Of a DNA stretch of 64,000 nucleotides, positions 10,898-25,800 are shown one piece after another. Within the stretch, counting starts at the first letter, position 1, and each line of letters opens with the position of its first letter. A program made the translations under genes and the position numbers. Location of the stretch: positions 19,530,001-19,594,000 of the forward strand of contig JBHGNT010000011.1 of the NCBI GenBank assembly GCA_043228905.1, in the 5' to 3' direction. The stretch is from Azolla caroliniana (taxonomy: Eukaryota; Plantae; Polypodiophyta). Below the pieces are notes generated by a model, which worked only from the letters and a program-made list of their open reading frames with translations, did no database searches and was not told the DNA's origin.

Positions 10898-13800
10898 TTA
10901 ATTTGTTTTCTTATCTTCTCTGCCAGCTAGGATACGTGAGACCTGCAATCCTCTGCTGAAGGCCTGGTTGAATAGAAGGCGAGTTTGGAAATCTGAAATA
11001 AAGGGAAACCATGCCAATATCGCTATGGGCATGAATAAGAAGAGACCCATAACGTACTCATAAGCTCGAGCTAGTGCCTTTACAGATTCCCACATACCCA
11101 ACTTTTTGACTGGGGACTTACAAGCCTGAGCAACCTGAAAATGCAATGTCCGTTCTCCTCACATTTGCGATAACCTCCCACACACAACCACAACTATTTT
11201 GTAATTAGCTTACCTGAATGATTGCCCATCCTGATGGGAGGAATGCGATGAGACTCACAAATAAATCTCCTACTGTAAGCTCCCCTTTGCAAAGAAGAAC
11301 AATAATAGTAATTATGACTGCACAAAAGAATAATCCTTTGAGAAGCCGGAAAAAAATCTGAAATCCTGCCTTTGACCTATGTCTGCCTTCAGAGATCATC
11401 TGAAAATGATGAGTATGCACATGTGTTACATTCTGATGTTCACTAAGGTTTGAAAATTCATAAGAAAATAATCTTAAACTTTACCTTGAATGCGGCTAAC
11501 GAAACCACGATGAACACCCAAGATAACACATACACCTGCATTTCAAACATAAAAATGTATATATATATACTGGTAGTACTGATACATGTGATGTAACATA
11601 TATGACTCTACTGTGACTCACTAGGAAACTTTTTTGCTGATGAACAATATGTAGATGGTAGACAAGACCATACTGGTACAAAAGAAATCTGGTTGAGAGC
11701 AAGATTTCGATAAGTTGTCCGCACAGTCCAGAAGTATCAAGATGGCGTTGCTCTTCGTCCCACCATGATTCCCAGCTCTTTTGTGATGAAACCCCTATCC
11801 CACCACGATTACTCACCCACTTGTTCCAATCCTCCCAATCATCAACAATCTTCTGCCATTCAAACCCTGATGGGTTGAATAAGAATGGTGCAAAAAGCCA
11901 TGTCCCTACTAGTAACCACATTGAGAATGTGATAATCAGGAAGGGAATTGTCTTGTGCTCTGTAATCCCATATATATCATACACTATAAGAAGGATGAGC
12001 AGCTCAAGCCCTTTGGTGAAATGACTACGTGAATAGCACCGATAATTATCAGCAAACTTAGCATGAAACACGACAAATCCGCGACCAGTAGACCGATACT
12101 TTGCGCCTCCATGAAGTAATGTGCGCCCATAGAAATGAACTTTTGTACCCATGGAAAATATAAAGAAAACAGATCCAAGCTGCAGCTGCATTATGATGAA
12201 TTCACTGATGGCGTGACGGAAGCCTCGCTCCAATCCAATCTCCATCACCATGGGAAGAGCTGTTAGCAGTCCAATCTGCACAAATGATTGAGATGCTAAA
12301 GTAGCCTGAATAGCCTTGTTATTCTCAAGGCCTGCAAAGTGCTCCAAACTGGCTTCCAGACCGCTAAGGGCAAGATATATTCGGCCATAGAGGAACACAT
12401 AGACTGTAAGAACTACGATCTGCAACACCGATGTCAAAGTGAGAAAAACAAATAGCACCTGGGAGAATGTGCATGAGGACATCAAAATCGTCAACTCACA
12501 AGATTGCTGAAGTAAAACCCCACAGTTGTAAAGTAAACGGATAACATCCTGAAGAAGTCCATACGATGGCCAAGGCGATACACATCACGACTCATTGTCT
12601 GCTCACCATTTCCATTTGCGATTTTGGCTTCGAATTGGCTTATCTCATTAAGGCCCACATCTCTTCCCTTCCCAACTTGGATATATTCATGGTGTGTTAC
12701 AAGTCCAGACCGTAAAGTGGTATTGAAACCTGAATATCATCAAGATAGCTTATAGATATGTTACTTGCAAACCTAAGAGAAAGAAGACAACAAAAGAGCA
12801 TGATTTTATTACCTGCAAAGATATCCTCACTGAGATTAACACCTTTCGAAGCTTTGCTAATACCACCCCTAGTAATGTGAAAAAGTCTTTCAAACACATC
12901 AGGATGCCCATAATGGAAACGCACCCTGTTTCAATCAGGTTTTAAAATAATTGATGTTTGGATACAAAAACAGCAGATAGAAATGTACAGTGAAAGTGCA
13001 TAGCAAAATACTTGAGTGGCTTTGCCAAAACTCTCTGCGCTATCGTCACAAAACTAGACTCTTGATTCGACATGAACCCTGCAAGAGAGGAAACACTACG
13101 AATACAATAAACAATATCAAATCCCTGATGTCAAGGGGTGACAAAATCAATTAATTAAAACATGGTAAAAAGACGCATGCTATTTGCGCTTCTGAAAGTT
13201 ACAATGTTTGAGTTCCTCAAGAGTGATAAATGAATTCTAGTAAATTCTCTTTCTTACGTAGTTAACAATTATTTTGGTCTTTTCTCAAAGATGACACAAC
13301 ATTTTAAGATGTTATCTCTTGTTTGGTATTATGGGGCATCTTGGCCTTTAAAAGACATTCATATATCTTTCCTTCTGGCTTACTTTAAGGCAGACGGTGT
13401 ACACAATTGTGATGGTCATGAGATAATTGAATGCTATGGGACACACTTAAGCAAACTTCACATAGTACTCACCATTGCAATATTATAAAACGGGAGGCAT
13501 GCATTAAAAAGATGCCTACACGTGCTAAATATGATTAGTTCTATTACAGTTATGATTCTTAATGGAATTAGTAACATTACAAAACTCAGGTAAAGGAATA
13601 GTACTGTAAATCATGACTTTTGCTGGTTAACTATGATACACAGAAAAGATGATGTGTGGATCATACAAGATACGACGCCAGCACATTAGATAGTCTGCTT
13701 TTGTATCAGCACGTCCTAGATACCAAGAAGCATGGAATATAATCAAAATACGAGCTGTGCAAATTGATTCAGGAAAAGTGATAGTACTAAGAATCACGAC

Positions 13801-16800
13801 TTGCTTTGGTTACTATAATACACAGAAAACATGATCTGTGGATAGTATAAGATGCACTACCCAGATATTGGAGAGTCTAATATGTGTATCAGCAAATCTT
13901 ATATGACTGAGACACATGGAAAAAAATCAAAATATAATGGTGGAAGTTTTCCTTTCAGAAAGAAAGAAAGATATATTAATGTCTTTTAACAGGCCAAAAT
14001 GGCCTACGTGACCAAATAAGAGATTACATTTTAAGTGTTGTCTTGTCTTTGAGAAGAAATCAAAGTAAAATAAATATTACACAGTAAATATAAAAGTAAA
14101 TAAGATGAAAAGAAAAAAAACAAGGGAATTTGGTTTTTGGCACATGTGAGATTCTCAAGTTAGGTATATTGTAGCTTTTGTCTTCGAAAGATCTCTGGCA
14201 TAGGTCGATCAAGAATGGAAATGTCTCTGAAGCGAGGGAAGCACCTACGATGGCGGGAGATAATGGCTTTTATTTATCGATGACAAGGGTGTCGAGGTCG
14301 TGGTCCATGGGGCCGGGGCCTATGTGCACGGCAAATTGCTATTGCCCGATCAATTGTAACCCCTTTGTTATGTCTTGGTCCGGAGCCCATTTGTGTATCC
14401 CGTGATTGACTTGTAGCCTTAGTAGGAGTGATGGGACTAAAGAAAGTTGTGATGGTTCTTTGTGGATGAGCTTGTGTAGCTTTATTCTTCAACAACTTTT
14501 CCTGATGTCTCTTGAGCTCTAGCAAGAAAAGTCCTAGGCATCATTGGTCCTCATATTCCATTACCTTGCATAGTGGGCCAAAGGCTTGTTTAAAGAGGCA
14601 AAGATATCTCCCTCTAATTTCATAAAAGACACTACAATGACAAACATAGAGTTCCACAGATTCCACTCCTTGATGGCACAATTGGCGAATTCTCTCTTCT
14701 AGAGGTAGTCGTGTATATCTGCCTACCTCAATCTATAGCTAATGTGATGAAGTTCGCAGCTGCCCAATCACACTACGCAACGCATAGGATATATGTATGT
14801 CCATATAAGGTGCCCTAATGACAAATCCATCCATCAATGTATGTAAGAAGTGTGTCTTATAGTCGGCCAACTTTGTTCCAACTGGTATTTTGGGGCTGAT
14901 TCATGTTATCTTGTTTTCCAAGTTAATAATATCAGTTTGGATCACTCTATTCTTTTCCACTTTGGTCATATTGAGATGGGGACAGTCCAAGCTATATTGG
15001 AACGGGGGCAGTGTATTTATACTCATGCCATGTGACTTGAACCATTGCTGCATTTCAGCATTCCAACAGTTAGTGTCTCCATTTTCAGCCACTTGACTTA
15101 CTGACATAAGTGCCAACCTTGGGTACCTTCGTTTAGGGAGCTCCCCCAGACGTTGGATAAATGTCACTAATCGGAACAATGCCTCGGTTATTATAGGTGC
15201 TGCTCCCATCTCTGCCCGGATTATATCGTGGGGCACCGATGCTTTGCTCCTTATCATGCGAGCAATCATTGACACTAAAGGTCTCTCTAAATCTTTCCAA
15301 TGATTTGCCTTGTTAAGACTCCGTCCCATGTTTCTACTCCATAGAGAAGAGTTAGTGTGACAAGTGTATCAAATAACCATAGCTTAGTCCGTGGCTCTTG
15401 GAACTGCAAATGTGCACATTGTCTCTCGAGAGCACCAAGGGCTGCATATCCACGAGAAAGTTGGGCACAAGCGGCCTTCTGTAAGGAGAACCTAGGTCTT
15501 ATAAATGTTACTCCTAGGTATGTGTAGGAGCGTGTGTATTCCATCTTTTCCTCTCCCAAGAAGAATTCTGGTTCTGATCTTGTTACCCATGCTTGGGTGG
15601 TGTTAAACACCATCACTTTAGTTTTATTCATGTTGGTTGACAAACCTTTGTCCGTACAAAATAGTTTTAAGGCATTTAGATGTCTTTGTAGTCCCTCCGG
15701 AGAGTCAGAAATCAGCACAATATCATCAGCATATAGTAATATCTGTATAGCTATACCTGCTAGGCGTGCTCCGGAACCACCAAATCTCTCTATGTAATGT
15801 GATACCTCATCTATATAGAGACCGAAGAGAGTTGGGGATAGTGGGCATCCTTGCTTCACTCCAATTGTGCTAGCCACAGCTTCTGACAAGCCTTTGGAAG
15901 ACAGCACTTTTCCTGACATGGATTCATACAGTGCATAGATTCCCCATTGCATACCTATAGGAACACCAAGGGCTTCTACCCTCTGCATAAGCCGAGCACG
16001 GGGCACAGTGTTAAAGGCTTTTCGGAAATCCACAAAGCAGCAATAAATCCTCTTATTGTGGGCTCTGCCCTCTTCAATAAGGGCCCGGAGGGTGAATATG
16101 TGATCCAACGTTGTGAACCCCTTCCAAAAGCCTGCCGGAGGGTGAATGGCAGCCATTCTGCTTTGCCCATATACTCAATTCTGATTCTAGAATCGACCCA
16201 TATAGTTTAGCCAAGTAATGGCCAATCATGATTGTCCTATAGTTGCTTGGCATCGTGGGGTCTCCACTCTTGAGGATTGCCACAATGGTATGCTTAGTCC
16301 ATGTAGTAAGGAAACCTTCACACATGGCTCTATTAATGATGTGTGCTAGCAATGGGAGCAAGGTGTCACGAGCATAGATAAAGTGCTCACCCACCAATCC
16401 ATCATGATCTTGGGCCTTCCCAAATTGTAGCCGATCAATGGCATTTCTTACATTTTGTGGTGTAAAGAAGGTTGATTCATGTGGGCTTGAGGCATTCGGG
16501 TGGGGAAGAGGAGGTTGCCCCGAGATATCATATAGGACCTATGCATATTCATGCCACACCTGAGCTGAGGTCAGTTGTGTGGTGGGTTGCCTCTTATTAA
16601 ACATTTTCCATGCTCTTTTACTGCCTTGTCCTAGAAACAAGCGATACAAATGATCTTCAAATTTAGCCAAATACAATCTTTTTTTCTTCCTTACGAGGCG
16701 TTGAAAGGTTGCTCTTGCTTGGTTGTGTGTATAAATGCCCCGAGTTACATCACGCTGCAAGCATCTCCTTGTATCACGACATTCCTCATCATTCCAACTA

Positions 16801-19800
16801 TTTTGTATTACTCTACCAAGTTTGGGGGGATTGGCCGTTGTGTGAGGGAAGGCATTTGTGGCTGTTTTATGCAATGATTTGGACAATCCTTGGGTAAGTT
16901 CTTCAAGCTGTGCGAAAGGATCCAAATCTAGCATGCCATTTGTATACATCACAACTATACACATGAATTGTCTCACGAGTAAATCGATACGTAGCCAGTT
17001 CACTCTCCTTAGCATATACAGCCTTTGTGTATCCATCCTTTACCTCGAAGCATAGATATGCATGATCTGCTGCCAAGCCAATAGGTCTTCCCGATATAGT
17101 GACTCTTTTATTTCAGTTATAAGAGATGGAGATCCCATTAGATAATCGATTGTGCTTGCACCTCCTTTTGGGTTCCAACATGTCAAAGCATCTGATCTAG
17201 GCCATTTTGACAAGCCATTATATATTACAATTCCATGAGCACTTCCCAAGGCTAGAAAGTGTTTTCCATATTCAGTAATAGCACTCATATCTTGAGCTTG
17301 TCGCTTTAGACCAACCTCTTCTGCCATAACTTCTCCATAAACAGCCTCGTTGGTGTTAAACATAGTTGTTTGTTCATCCTTGGTACGTGCATTAAAATCT
17401 CCTAATAGTATTATGTCCCCCATAGTAGCAAATCTTATGATATCATCATATAGAGGTAGATATGATGATTCACCTACAGGTGCAAACCTTGAGTAGGCAG
17501 GTGGAAAATGGCAATTTGCAATATATAACTCCCTAAGATCTCCTCTTTTGATTCGTATCCACATGTAGCGTGCATCTACATCCTTATGGACAACATCCAC
17601 TCTATCATGGAGCTCCTTTTTGTATAGCACCCCCACTCCTCCCGAACCTCTAGTGCTTCCTGCTGTCAGAGAAGAAAAATATCGCTGGTTTCTCTGCATG
17701 GATAGTCTGTCTACATTTTCTGGTGTTGCCAAAGGTCACCATATCTCAATCAGGTCAGAAATGGTTCTCATTCAATTTGTGCCTTATTGTTCCAACTATC
17801 AATTCTAATGGTAGAACAAAAGAGTTATAATCTTTAAATCAAAACTCAAATTAATAAACTTGCATCAGGCCTAGAGAACCATCTTTAATTATACCTGAGT
17901 TGAAGTGGACCGTAGATGCAACACTGGAATGGAGGAGTGACTGATGAAGGGTTCATTGGTGGAGAACATTCAAAGTTTCTTTCTGGATGATTCACTACCA
18001 TGTATATATATGCACGGCTGCCATGTGCACATAATGGTGACCAAACATTGTAACCACCCCAGAGCATTCCACAAATTATTTAGGAATGAGATGGTTTCCT
18101 AACTAAGCTGGCACTTTGAAATAACAGATGGGCATGTTCGCATACATTTATATCTATGTGTGGCTTTTTGCCTTGGAAAACAACTTGAAAAAACTTGCAC
18201 ATTGTGCATGCCCAACGTGCTAAATATAACCTGCAGGTTCTTTAGGACTGTTCTGTTGAACAAAAAGGCTGCTTGAAATGCAGGCAAATCAAATGGATCA
18301 AAATTGTTTCCACCCTAAAACAAATCCGGTGATGATTTTATATAGGAATTTTATAACTGCTAATAACTGTAAATGACTAAAAGCATTAGGTGAATAAAGA
18401 AATCTCTACAATTTGGTGCGACATAGAATATATCTGGAACAACTACTTCTGGTCAAGTATTTGGAAGGAGTTAATAAAGAATTGCCTGATGATTTTACTG
18501 CATGAAAATGGAAAGGGACTTCAAATTTCTATAAAGTCGAAGCGTTTAGACACTATTTCCAAGTTTGTCTTTGATCAGCCAAAACAAATGACAGAAATAG
18601 GCAACCTATCCAGAAAACAAATGACACAAATGACAGAAAACTGAGAATAGTGATTATTCATATGTTGATGGCCATGTTGCATTAGAATTAGATCCAACAG
18701 AATAACTCAGATTTTCACCTTCCAGTAAATATATGTTCACGCATTCCAACTATAGAAGGTGATCTCACTCCATCATAAGATAAGAACTCTTGTAAAAAGT
18801 TCCTCATCTTTAGCGCTTCTTCTAGATAATTATCCTGCGAACAAATTTCAATTCAGTATACAAAACGTGGAACTAGTACAGGTAACACCAGGCTTACTTT
18901 ATACCTGGTTCATATCAATTGCTTGCAATGCCTCCCCTCGTGTGAAAATAATTGCATGATTCTGGTTCTCTGGCTTTCCCTCACCTAGTTTGGGATTCCC
19001 AGGTAGTTTAATCTTGTATATTTCCTGCTTGCAAAAACCAAATGTAATTAGCAAATAGGTTACATTTATAATAACAATAAAACATGGCATGTTAACATGC
19101 ACCTGTTCAGTTACATTTCTATCGTCATCTTTGGAAACAACTACTTTCACTAGTTTCGAATAATATTCCTTTTTCTCTTCATCTTCCACCTCATCAATAT
19201 ATGCTACACGCAACGAAGGATGCCTGCAATGAGATGGGGATCAGTGCAAACAGAAAACTGGTCCTGATCAATTTAAGGAAATATTAAAATCAGAAACCAC
19301 ACATGAGAAATAAAAAATACTACACTCACTCTTTCATCAAATTCAATATATCAAGAGCACGAGGATCTTGGCTACGTTTATGTAATCCGTAATTCTGACA
19401 AGTAACAATGTAGGTAAACTTCATGTCTGCAACTGCTTCAATAGTTGAAGAAAGTGACTTTTGATTTTTTTCACTAAATACATCCTTCAATGTCTCATCG
19501 TATCCTTGTATGATCTCTGCTCAGGGACAGATTCTATAAGCAAAATACTCAAGCTTATCCAAGGGGGCATAATGAAATATAGTACGCACCATGTGGTTGT
19601 GCCATGTCAAAAAAAGCCTGCCTTTTAAGAGCTCGTCTATAATACATCATACCCCTTACTGCAGAACAAACAATAGCAAAGTTTAGTTTTCATAATGCAG
19701 AATACTTTTACTAATATAATGATGCCTACACTAAAATTTTACGTAATCCTTGCAAGACTAATATTAAGGAGCTATTGCTTTTGTTGTGTTTCCATGTGTT

Positions 19801-22800
19801 AACATCATCTAACTTTTAACAACTGCAAACCTGTTCTTGTGAGGGTTTGTGCACGATAAGAGGCCCAATGGCGAACTGCGATTGAAGTTTTATCTCTGTC
19901 CCAGACATTTGCCTCAGTACAATGTTCCCGCTCCTTGAAATTCCTCCAATCGTCTAAAAAAATAACAGCATTCATTCACACAGGTCACATTGAAAGCAAT
20001 CCATGTTCACCCTTCTTATTTAATATTTCTGGTTGAGGCTTCAGAGGTGAAAGTAGAATCACGAAATTGCACACAGATACAAAAGTCTCACATCAAATTG
20101 GTTCTATGACAGATTGATCACATCATTCCTTCTCCCGTGTATTTTGATGCCAAGAGGTTATATCGGTCATTCCCACAATAAATTTATCAGCAATATAATA
20201 CTTCTAAATCAATCACTGTTTTATTGATTGTCTAATCAATGAAAAGGGGGTTCTAAGTCTATTTGGAGTAGAAGGTATAAGGTGCGGTGTCTTAGAGGAA
20301 CAAACCTCAGATTTATTTACTGGGGTCAAGCAATCTTGTGGAAGCGAAACATATGACCCAAATGATATCTATATAATGAAGTATTTTCTATGACAAGTTA
20401 CCATCTGGAAGAGTTATCTCCTAAACATAGTTTGATGTTGCAAGTGGATGTATTTCCAGATATATTGTAACCCCTTTATTGACTTGTCACATGAGTAGGA
20501 GTGATGGGCATCCCTGTTTCACTCCTATAGTGGAAAGAATGGGCTATGAATGCCCTTTTAATATCTGCATACGTTCTGCCTATTACTACAGAAATTCATA
20601 ATGAATGTTGACAATTTGACGTGTAGGTGAACTTAGGTAAGGTCAAATTAATAAATGCTTAGTTTACTGACACCCAATAGCTTAGTTAATACTAAATCAA
20701 TGTTTTACAAGTCTGTAAAATATATGAGCCAAGACTATATCACCATCAGTTCAGAAGTGGTTTATGAAAGTGAGTAAATATTTATGTCATACATTCAAGT
20801 ATATAATTCAAGGCAATGACGTGTTTTGAATCAACCTTTTGCATCTGAAACGAAGATAAAATGTTAAAGGTACAATTGAGGGCTAAAATCTATTATCATT
20901 ATCTGTGTGGGACTGTTTTTCCTTCTGTATTAATAAACAGCCAGATACTGCATATGTTATGAAGGTTCAAATTTACCGGGATAAATCATTTGAAGATAAT
21001 AAAGAATTGAAACGCCGTCATCATTCTCATCTTCCAATTCTTTCCTTGTGTACAATATCTTCTCCTCGTAATAAGGTGTGAGAACACTGCACCAGTATCA
21101 TGATGATGTCAACAGATGCATCAGTCCAATCAATAGAATCTTCTTTATGATGAAGAGAAACCTGAAGGAGAGCATGTTGCGAATCTTTGGAGGTACAGGC
21201 ATATCCATATATAATGAATTTGTAAAAAATAAAATGCGGCGCCTTGCTTCAACATTAGTCGGAACATCCAATGCAGATTCATTTATGGTCAATAGCAAAT
21301 GAAGTCGCTTAATCTGTAACAACACCAAGTGGCTCGATATTCAATATTTCCACAGATGAGTGAACAGTTCAGTTGAATAGTTATTAATTTGATCAATATA
21401 ATCGTTCTGGTTAATTTATTTATCGTTACATGTCTATACCTTCTTCCCAAATTCCTCCGGCAGAGGATACTGAATATTCTCACCACCAAATAGTGTAGAA
21501 GCTCGGGTTTTGTCAACTGAGACATTCACATCGTCTGATGGACCATGGCTGGAGTTGAGATGGGGTCGTTGGCTATTATCTAAGAAATCTAACACCCTAG
21601 TTGTCGGACAAAGGAAAACACCAAAAGCAAATTTAACTCACTAGTGTATTTCTCCTATCAGAATCAGAGCTAATCAACAGGAAATAATAAACTTATAACG
21701 CAACATGCTTGTATACATCAGACAATACTGCATTCATGTCAAAAAACTAGCAAGAAAGGACTTTGGGATGACAACACTCTTGTAAACTATTTGCCCTATC
21801 AATCACTATGTTTGGTATGTGCTAATGAGGTTGCATGGTAAAATCCCTAATAATTTTAAGACATAAATCACATGTTCTAAATTTTAGATCATTCAATGAT
21901 ATGGAGATGTCATCGATTATGAGTAAGGACTTAAAATATTTCTTTCTGGAATAATCTGCAGATATCTAAATATAAGGAAAAAGAAACACTCACGAATCAC
22001 TTTTGAATTTTACATCCTTTGTGTAAACTTCATAAATATCCTGCAGTAGATATGTAACCCTTTCCTTCTTGCTGGAATCAGAGTTTTTCTAATTAAGCAT
22101 CAAAAGCTATTATGTCAGCTTATTTTATAGCAATTGCCAATATTAAACAGAACATAGCAAATGACTTACCAAAATCTTAACCAGGTCAATGATTTTTCCA
22201 TTAAGCAATGGCATTGCACTCATGCTAAAGCTTTGGAGGATATTTCCATTCAGAATATGTTCTACATCCGAGATGACAAAATCTAGAACTCTGCAGGTGA
22301 ATTTAATATTAATAATAAAAATAATCTCTACATAAATAATGAGATTTGAATGTTAAAAATAATAAACATATTTTACAGGCATAAAATCTCACTGTTTCTC
22401 TCGTCTGCCAATAAGGATAGCACCTAAGATGTCTATGAATAAGTCATAGCATTCTTTTATGGCATTCTTCATGAAACCCCCATCACTGCTAATTCTTGCT
22501 ATCAATTCTTTATCTTCATTTGCCTCTGTGAAGTCTTTCGTCGTATGCAATGCTAGTCCTATCTGTTTAATATTACTTATAGAGATAACATTAGCACAGC
22601 CCAATAACAAGAATAGAAGAAGTTTGACTTAAAAATTCCAATATCCATGGTATAATCAGTTATCTATAATACAGAAGGATTTAAACACAACAAAAGCTAC
22701 CTTGTCCGCTAATAAAAATGCTGGCCACTGATTGTAGGTTGAAGTCTCTTTGGAATATGGTATCAAAAGAAGTTCTTTTTCATCATTATTTAAATAATCT

Positions 22801-25800
22801 TCCTCACGCAAACATTCAATAATTTCATTCCAAAGCTGTGAAAACTTTGCAAAGACTTCTTTGTTTTCTTTCGGTTCTTCAACAGTTTTGAATAAAGAAA
22901 ATCCTTTATGATGGGGCCTATCTTCTGATGAAGGTACAAGATTTTGTTCAAAAGCTGTAGGAAGGGAGCGAAACCGAGACCTCAACATCTCTTGATTTTG
23001 GACCTGTCATAAAAAATAACCCAAACTCAATAATCCATGTCATTAGATGGAGACAACAGTAAAGATGATGTTTTATGCCAATAATTAATTACCTAAGAGG
23101 TGAATCGCATGAGATATACTATAGAAATGCAGAGGACCATGGGAGAAAATATAAATGTAGAGGACCTTTCTCTTCTGGATCAACCTATGCTAGAGATCCT
23201 TCAAAGACAAAAGCTATAATATATCTCACTTGAGAATCTCATAAGTGCCAGAAACCAGATTCCCTCGTCTCCTTTTATCTTATTTACTTTGTATATTTAC
23301 GAAGTAATATTTATTTTATTTTGATTTGTTGTTCTCAAAGGCGAGACAACACTTAAGATGCAATCTCTTTTTTGGTCTTATAGGCCATTTTGGCCTCTTA
23401 AAAGACATTAATATATCTTTCTTTCTTTCAGCCAACCAGCCTCCCCTTAGTTGTCATGTGAGTGAACCTTCTTAAGGTAGATAACTGGACATATTTTAAG
23501 AGATGTTTAGTCTCAATGATTGCCCCCATAACGATCAACGCATTTAGGGCCCATGATGACCCATGATGCTTGGAACTGTTCTTGCATGAACTCAATGGAC
23601 ATGGAGAGCTGGAGAAGGACAGCAATACAACCACAACAGCTCATCAACAAAGAATCATCAAGATTTTATTTAGCTCCATTACTCTATAAGTTAATCAAGA
23701 ACCACATAAATCTTATCTTAGCAGGGACATTAAAAAGGAGTTGCAACAGATTGTGCAATTACAATTTTATTATCCAAAATAGAGGCAGTTATAGATCCAA
23801 TCCAAACACATCCACCACTGAAGCATGAAATGTGATACAAATATCTCCAACCAAATTACATGCTCTGAAAACATGTTTTCGGATAAAAATGAAAAGATGA
23901 ATAAGCTATACCAACCTCGCCAAGATGTGCTAAAAATCCACTTAAACCACCAGAAAGAGTTGATAACACTGCATACCAAATTTGAGCATCCATAAAATAT
24001 ACCTGTCACAGTTCAAGCAAAACAGCTAAAAGAAAGAAATTACAATAGAATGAACATTAGAATTCCTAGCTTAGAATTTCTCTCTTCCTACCAAGATTAT
24101 TGGGGACCACAGTGCAACGACTACTGTCCAATTACTACCTGCAGCACATTACATTTCGCTAAAATTAGCTACCTGGACCTGAGCTTGTGTTAACATTCTT
24201 TCAAGAGAAACATTATGTGGTAAAATAATTGTTATGATTAACACCACGCACTTCCAGGGAAAATTTCATGCCACTGGTATTGCCCCTCTAATGGAGCTTG
24301 GATAATTTCTTTTGTGGGTCCCACCAGTGGTAATATCTATAAACCAATAGAAAGAAAGATAAAAATAAAACAAAAAGTAATAATAACATCAACAAGTTTA
24401 ACACCCTGAAAGAATATCATGGTGTCCTTATCACCGATTCTTTTGATTTATGGAGATCAGATCTCGAAAAAGAGTACATCATGATGTCAATACCTCAATA
24501 TAATAGCTGAATGCGATCTTGCTAAGTAACAGTAATAACCAGAATAGAGTATACCTAACAGGACAACCACAGCAAGGAAGAAAATCAACAAATCTACAAC
24601 CCAAGTGAAATTGATTAATAAGAATCTTACTTGAAAAGACTGAACAGATTTTCGTGCATTCCTCGACCAACATACAGCGGTGGCTGCATTTATGGAAAAC
24701 AAATCAGAATGGGAGGGGAAATTTTTGAAAAACCTCAAGATTCTTGAAGTAAAACAAATTAGCAAATAATTCAGACCCATATATTGCATATTTCGAGGAT
24801 GTATTGATAAGATAAAGCATGGAATGGAATAAACGATCCAAACATAAATCAATCTCACCTGAGCCCACCATAGAAGCACCTTAATAACTACATGATCAGC
24901 CTGTTCAATATGGCGTCTGATTGCTGGAAAACAGAACATCACTACTCCAAGTGCATCTGGTGCCAGATATACTATTATAGCTGTCACATAAAGTGCTGGA
25001 CTTTCCGATTTGCCAAACCCATTTTCAATGGTTTTCAACAGTTCAATAGGAGCCCCCCATGTCCGGGCATAACACACAGGCAATATCATAACCCACCATA
25101 ACGCAACAATTACTTTCAAGATATACCGGAATATCCCAACGAAATTCATGTTCCACCATGCCTTGAAACTCAACCGAATATCCACAATTGCTGTTCAAGA
25201 TTAAAGGAAGCATATATCCAGGTTATAACATGCATAAATCCTAAGAGATATTTATCATATCCATAATATTATTCAAAATATGCCTGTATTTCATGTAAGT
25301 AATTAACACTATGGAGGGTTGCCAATAAGGTGGGTACAGACCACATCTGTGTGGACCATGGCCTCATCACCCTTGTTAACAATAAATCAAGGCCATTATC
25401 ACCCAACACCAAAGGTACTTTCCTCACTTTCAATACCTCTCTATCTCAGATCGGCCCATGTTGAAGATCTTTTAAAGGCAAAAGGTGTGGTTCATCTAAT
25501 CCAGAATGTTATGTGTTTAGCTAACATAAATTTCTAAATGCTTTCTCAAGACCATGGAATATCAATGTGGATACAATAGCCAAATGTTTGGCACCATAAG
25601 CGGTTTAACTGCATAGAATGAATGAATGAATGATACCTTTGTGAGAAAAGCTGTTAATAACAGCAGCAGAATAGTTGTTGGAAGAAAATAGACACAGCCA
25701 AGCTGTGAAAAGGCTGTTAGACAGCCCTAGAAAAAATGGTTTCAAAGAGTACAGACACAGCCAAAGATTAGAGCTTGTTTGTAAGTAGCAGCAAAAGTAA

